Assembly (NCBI GenBank): GCA_025999275.1
Contig: AP024680.1
Location: 750,522 to 785,860 of the forward strand
Source: Patescibacteria group bacterium
GTDB taxonomy: Bacteria; Patescibacteriota; Microgenomatia; UBA8517
DNA length: 35,339 nt
Reading direction: 5' to 3'
Shown piece by piece: positions 31,331 through 35,339 of this stretch. A program made the position numbers and the translations under genes. The notes beneath the pieces are model-generated. The model ran no database searches. It had not been told where the DNA came from and was given only the letters and a program-made list of their open reading frames with translations. Positions within the stretch are counted from its first letter, which is position 1; every line of letters begins with the position of its first letter.

Positions 31331-32284
31331 ATGGCCAATCTAACTTATACACTCTCAAGTAAAATTAGTGAGGAATTAGAGATTATAGAAAAAAACAGAA
31401 AAGAAATACTACTTCATCCTCTTACCCCAAGAATTGAAACAAGAATGCGTTGGGAGGCTCTTATTGACAAAATATACTGGTCAATGGCAATGATTGATGA
31501 ACCAATTTCCAAAAAAGACATAATCAAAATCATCAAATCATCAGGAAAAGAAAAAAAGCAAATTAAAGAGAAAAGAGTGGCTCAACTTTACAACGTTTTC
31601 AATTTCATCTATTTTGATTGGCTTTCCTCCCCCCTTCCCATTACAGCAAATTCCTTAAAAAAAATATATGAAATAGGCTGCAAAGACAATCGTCCAGGAG
31701 CTCCTCTTGGAAAATCAGAAGAAAAAGAATTATCCAAAACATTGGCCTATATTCAGACAGGAAATGATCATCCAATTATTAAATCAGGCATTATTCAAAT
31801 ACAAATTCTTGATACCGTCCCCTTTAGATACGCCAACAACAGAATGTCGCGACTTGCTTCATATCTTTTCTTATACAAGCATTACTTTGACATGCGCGGG
31901 CTTTTGGTTTTGGAAGAATATTACCGTCAAGACATAGTTGCCTACAACCAAACCATAGAATCATCCATAAAAGGGGGCAATCTAACATTATGGCTTGAAT
32001 ACTTTACCCAAGGAATAAGAATTCAAAGCGAAAAAATAGTCAATCAACTAAAAGAAGGGGTAATCAATCCAACTCTGCCAGCTTCATACTTCAGGTTAAA
32101 CAGCCGCCAGAAAAAGATTCTTTCAGTAGTTCAAAAGCCGGGGCTTATCATTACCAATAAAAAAGTTCAAGAGATGTTTGGGATTTCGCAAATTACAGCT
32201 TCAAGAGATTTAAGCAAGCTAGCCCTTCTTGGCCTTCTTGTTACCCATGGAAAAGGCAGAGGCGTTTATTATACTCGGGTTTGA
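31331..32284 (+). CDS. Fic/DOC-fold protein with degenerate active-site motif and C-terminal winged-HTH
   Basis: 317 aa. HPIIKSGIIQIQILDTVPFRYANNRMSRLASYL aligns with the Fic motif region (HPFxxGNGRxxR). The C-terminus FGISQITASRDLSKLALLGLLVTHGKGRGVYY is wHTH-like. Confidence 0.65.
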   Translation: MANLTYTLSSKISEELEIIEKNRKEILLHPLTPRIETRMRWEALIDKIYWSMAMIDEPISKKDIIKIIKSSGKEKKQIKEKRVAQLYNVFNFIYFDWLSSPLPITANSLKKIYEIGCKDNRPGAPLGKSEEKELSKTLAYIQTGNDHPIIKSGIIQIQILDTVPFRYANNRMSRLASYLFLYKHYFDMRGLLVLEEYYRQDIVAYNQTIESSIKGGNLTLWLEYFTQGIRIQSEKIVNQLKEGVINPTLPASYFRLNSRQKKILSVVQKPGLIITNKKVQEMFGISQITASRDLSKLALLGLLVTHGKGRGVYYTRV

Positions 32285-32300
32285 AAAATAAAACTAAGAA

Positions 32301-32371
32301 GGTGTCAAGCTGTTTTTTAACTAAGGTGTCAACCTAAGACACCCTTAGGGTGTACTAGCTTGGCACCTTCC
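32301..32371 (-). repeat. REP copy 9 (full), fills the gap between the convergent Fic-like gene and rho
   Basis: GGTGTCAAGCTgttttttaactAAGGTGTCAACCTaagACACCCTTAGGGTGTactAGCTTGGCACCTTCC. Confidence 0.9.
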
Positions 32372-32377
32372 TTACCC

Positions 32378-33721
32378 TCAAGCCTTGGTTAAAGTGTTGA
32401 GGAAAGTTTTATTATCTTCAGTTTCCCTTAACTTCTGCAGGAAAAGTTCAGTTCTTTCATCATCACTCATCAAATCAAGCATCCTCCTCATCGTCACAAT
32501 CTTTGGCAAGTCTTCTTTATCATAAAGAAGCTCCTCCTGCCTTGTACCAGATCGAGTCAAATCAATTGCCGGGAATATTCTTCTCTCAGCCAACTTTCTA
32601 TCCAAATGAAGCTCCATATTACCAGTGCCCTTGAATTCCTCATAAATCAAATCATCCATACGGCTTCCTGTATCAACCAAGCAGGTGCCAATTATGGTTA
32701 AGCTGCCTCCATTTTCAATTTTCCTTGCCGCACCAAAAAACTTCTTGGCCGGGAAAAGTGCCATTGGGTCAAAACCACCGGATAAAGTTCTACCTGATGT
32801 GGGAAGAGCCAAGTTATAAGCGCGAGCCATTCTGGTGATTGAATCAAGCAAAATCACAACATCAGCTCCACCCTCAACCATTCTTTTTGCTCGCTCCAAG
32901 GCCAACTCCCCTACTCTTGTTTGCTCAACAGGCGCTTCATCAAAATTGGAAGCCACAACTTCTCCCTTACCATTTGTCATTTTCTCCATATGACGCCTAA
33001 TATCTGTTACCTCCTCCGGCCTCTCGCCTATCAAAACTGCCATCAAATGAACTTTTTTAGACTTGCCGTTATCCTCAGGATAATTTGTGGCAATGCCGGC
33101 AATAATATCCTTCATCAGCCAAGTCTTACCAGCCTTCGGAGGAGAAACAACCAATCCTCTCTGGCCAAAACCAATGGGAGAAACCAAGTCAATAACCCTT
33201 GTTGAAAGCGGCTCTTTTCCGGTTGAAAGCACAATCTTTTCATCAGGATAAATAGCAGTCATATCATCAAGATCAACCCTGTCTGTTGGCAACTCTTCAA
33301 TCGGCTTACCGTTTACATTTTCAACCTTTAGAAGTCCCCAATAGCGCTCATTTTCTTTGGGCCGCCTTGCTTGTCCCCCTACCCAATCACCAACCTTAAG
33401 ATTAAAACGCCTGATCTGGCTTGCTGATATATAAATATCACGGTCTGAGGGGGTATATTTTGGGCGAAGAAGACCTGATCCTTCATGAGCAATGTCCAAG
33501 ACCCCCTCTACATATTCAGTTGGTAAATTGGCATCGGGAATAATCCGCTCATCAACAGTTAAAAGCCTTTTTGAGCTATCTTGCACTTGGATATCAACTT
33601 GTCCACGAGACAATTCCCCTGAAACTTCAGGCTCAGGAAGTTTTGGTTCGCCAACAAAATCCTTAGCGCTTGAGGCAGAAAGGGCTTGATTGTCATCAAC
33701 CATAGACTTTTTAGTAGGCAT
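32378..33721 (-). CDS. rho: transcription termination factor Rho
   Basis: 447 aa. Walker A is PPKAGKT. IYISASQIRRFNLKVGD, LIGERPEEVT, ILLDSITRMARAYN, FFGAARKIENGGSLTII and EEFKGTGNMELHLDRKLAERRIFPAID align closely with E. coli Rho. Confidence 0.95.
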   Translation of the reverse strand: MPTKKSMVDDNQALSASSAKDFVGEPKLPEPEVSGELSRGQVDIQVQDSSKRLLTVDERIIPDANLPTEYVEGVLDIAHEGSGLLRPKYTPSDRDIYISASQIRRFNLKVGDWVGGQARRPKENERYWGLLKVENVNGKPIEELPTDRVDLDDMTAIYPDEKIVLSTGKEPLSTRVIDLVSPIGFGQRGLVVSPPKAGKTWLMKDIIAGIATNYPEDNGKSKKVHLMAVLIGERPEEVTDIRRHMEKMTNGKGEVVASNFDEAPVEQTRVGELALERAKRMVEGGADVVILLDSITRMARAYNLALPTSGRTLSGGFDPMALFPAKKFFGAARKIENGGSLTIIGTCLVDTGSRMDDLIYEEFKGTGNMELHLDRKLAERRIFPAIDLTRSGTRQEELLYDKEDLPKIVTMRRMLDLMSDDERTELFLQKLRETEDNKTFLNTLTKA

Positions 33722-33814
33722 AAAAATTTGAAAATTACCTAAACTGCTATTAAATTAAATTCCCATGTATTTGTTAGGAAGAATCTCTATGTTCCCGAGG
33801 CGGAAACTAATTGT

Positions 33815-33843
33815 AGTTTAGGGCAGAAAGGTTGTTTTGTCAA
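33815..33843 (-). promoter_or_regulatory. promoter candidate TTGACA-17-TAAACT for rho
   Basis: The minus-strand reading of 33838-33843 is TTGACA and of 33815-33820 is TAAACT. This would give a leader of about 85 nt. Confidence 0.45.
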
Positions 33844-34109
33844 TAGGAAAAAGAAAGATTCAGCTATCAGAAATCGGCCGTCAGATTTCAGCTATTGGCT
33901 AAAAGGCAAAGACCAGGTAAAAAGAATTAAGATTCACGATTTATGATTTAAGATTTAAGATTTATGAATTAAGGGGTATGGGGTATGGGAAAGTAAAGAT
34001 AGTAGTAAGTATAATGTAGTAAGTAGTAAGGGAGAAAAGAATATAGATTTAGGATTTATGAATTATGAATTATGAATTATGGATGAAGGAGTATGAATTA
34101 TGGGAAAGT

Positions 34110-34230
34110 AATTCAAAAGTTAAAATTCAAAAGTCAAAATTACAAATTAAAAGTCAAAAATTTTCTTAGATAATTAAATAATTTTAAATTTTAAATTGTA
34201 TTTTTGAATTTTGCCTTTTGACTTTTGACT
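34110..34230. repeat. AT-rich palindrome module, copy 3 (inverted relative to copies 1-2)
   Basis: Reverse complement of the 4981-5088 type module, adjacent to REP copy 10. Confidence 0.8.
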
Positions 34231-34241
34231 TAGATCTGTTG

Positions 34242-34299
34242 GGTGTCAAGCTGTTTTTAAGGAAGGTGCAAACCTAGGACACCCTTAGGGTGGCAAGCT
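34242..34299 (-). repeat. REP copy 10
   Basis: GGTGTCAAGCTgtttttaaggAAGGTGCAAACCTaggACACCCTTAGGGTGGCAAGCT. Confidence 0.85.
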
Positions 34300-34406
34300 A
34301 GAGTAAAATTCAAAATTCTTACCTGCTGCTATTCAGGAATTTTTACTTCTCCAATCTATTGTATGAAGTCTCTATCTTTTTAAGACACAAAAATATAAAA
34401 TAAGTT

Positions 34407-34739
34407 ATGCCAGAATCAGAGAAAAATCCAAAAGAAGAATACGAAAGCGTACTCTCTAACATAAGAGAAATAAGACCTAGAGCTGAAGATGGAGACCCTG
34501 AAGCAAATGAAGCTCTAGATTTACTAGAAGAAAGACTAAGCGAGCTGACAAGAAAAATAGCTGAAAATGAAGGAATAAAAGACCCTTACAAGGGCGATCC
34601 CCTTTTGGAAAAATGGGAAGAACTTTGGAAGAGATTAAGAGAAACTAGAAATAAAGGAGGTAACGAAGATCCAATCTGGGAAGAAATTAAAAAAACTGCT
34701 GCAGCTATTGAAGCAAGAGGATCTTTTTCTAGAAACTAA
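34407..34739 (+). CDS. hypothetical acidic helical protein (110 aa)
   Basis: ORF in track with no overlapping alternative. No family recognised. Confidence 0.45.
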   Translation: MPESEKNPKEEYESVLSNIREIRPRAEDGDPEANEALDLLEERLSELTRKIAENEGIKDPYKGDPLLEKWEELWKRLRETRNKGGNEDPIWEEIKKTAAAIEARGSFSRN

Positions 34740-34825
34740 CTAAAAACTGACAAAGACGAACCTTGTCAATAAACACCTCCAAATTAATAATTGATAAAAA
34801 AGAAAAAATCATGTAAATTTAAAGT

Positions 34826-35059
34826 GTGCTAACCCAAAACAACCTAAAAAAGATTCAAGGAGTCATAAAAAAAGAGCTACAGCAAGAAAGAGCAGAAATC
34901 AGGAAAGAAACTCAAGATATTGTTAGAACAGAGCTAACACAAGCAAGAAAAGAGATTAGAAAAGAAACCCAAGAAATCGTAAAAGAAGAACTCACTCCAG
35001 TAAAAGACAACATCGCCCAAGTTAGAAAAGACATCAAAACAATAGTAAACTTCTTTTGA
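34826..35059 (+). CDS. hypothetical coiled-coil protein with internal duplication (77 aa, GTG start)
   Basis: ORF in track. It contains the duplicated unit EIRKETQ(D/E)IV(R/K)xELT. Confidence 0.4.
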   Translation: MLTQNNLKKIQGVIKKELQQERAEIRKETQDIVRTELTQARKEIRKETQEIVKEELTPVKDNIAQVRKDIKTIVNFF

Positions 35060-35339
35060 CAAGGAGTATCTGGAAATAAGAAAAATAATTGAAAGAATAG
35101 AAAAGCACTTAAGCCTGCCGCCGATGGTGTAATTTAAAAAGACTAATAATCAGCGCCAAAAAGACAATTCCAAGAAAAACAAAACCAATCCACTCCAAGA
35201 CCTGCGGCCAATAGAAAATGTAAATAACCAAAGGCTGATAGCTGATAGCTGACGGAGTCACTATCCACCCATTTGCCCAGCCATTAAACTTTACATGAGT
35301 TGCTTTTTCAATTTTGAATTTTGAATTTTGATTTTCAAA

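Noticed and set aside
4902-34299. REP hairpins as classical Rho-independent terminators.
   Set aside because: The stems are strong but are followed by UUAAAAA or mixed sequence rather than a U-tract. They are kept only as possible 3'-end or punctuation structures in the findings.
35131-35262. Minus-strand ~50-aa hydrophobic ORF (GTG start; ...LVIYIFYWPQVLEWIGFVFLGIVFLALIISLFKLHHRRQA).
   Set aside because: It is below the ORF-track threshold and its 5' part is translated TGATAGC heptamer repeat. No RBS or homology evidence is available by eye.
1-35339. Alternative genetic code (UGA as a sense codon, as in some CPR lineages), plus tRNA or rRNA genes.
   Set aside because: Several well-supported genes end at TGA (tatC, rho, OGT paralogue 1), and long ORFs are intact under the standard code. 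No cloverleaf-like or rRNA-like sequence was seen in the intergenic regions.

Overview
AT-rich bacterial chromosomal window with about 34 protein genes and no rRNA, tRNA or CRISPR. The gene content includes a four-helix-bundle protein, a LysM-M23 peptidase and many orphan membrane or surface proteins. Stop codons are standard. Together these suggest a Patescibacteria/CPR-like genome (inference only, no search run). Recognisable genes are rho, tatC plus four tatA paralogues, a LysM-M23 peptidase, an O-antigen-ligase-like/TPR membrane protein and three SH3b-domain envelope proteins. Also present are an output-less Cache sensor, an IS200-like RAYT transposase, a GT-A glycosyltransferase, two tandem TPR-GT41 (OGT/SPINDLY-type) glycosyltransferases, an FkbM methyltransferase and a Fic-wHTH protein with a degenerate active site. 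The non-coding DNA is unusual. Ten copies of a 40-70 bp REP-like palindromic element (GGTGYCAAGCT arms around ACACCC-TAA-GGGTGT) are present, and two of them flank the RAYT gene. Most copies are embedded in BIME-like mosaics of 7-nt word arrays, about 110-bp AT-rich palindromes and a conserved core carrying a 26-bp perfect palindrome. The best candidate for an undescribed system is the REP-punctuated island at about 10.6-25.8 kb. It combines GT-A, two OGT and FkbM enzymes with four large Ser/Thr-rich, beta-helix or phage-fibre-like proteins that lack signal peptides. It sits directly upstream of an expanded Tat cluster. All functional calls rest on motif recognition by eye, and coordinates of sub-ORF features were hand-counted.
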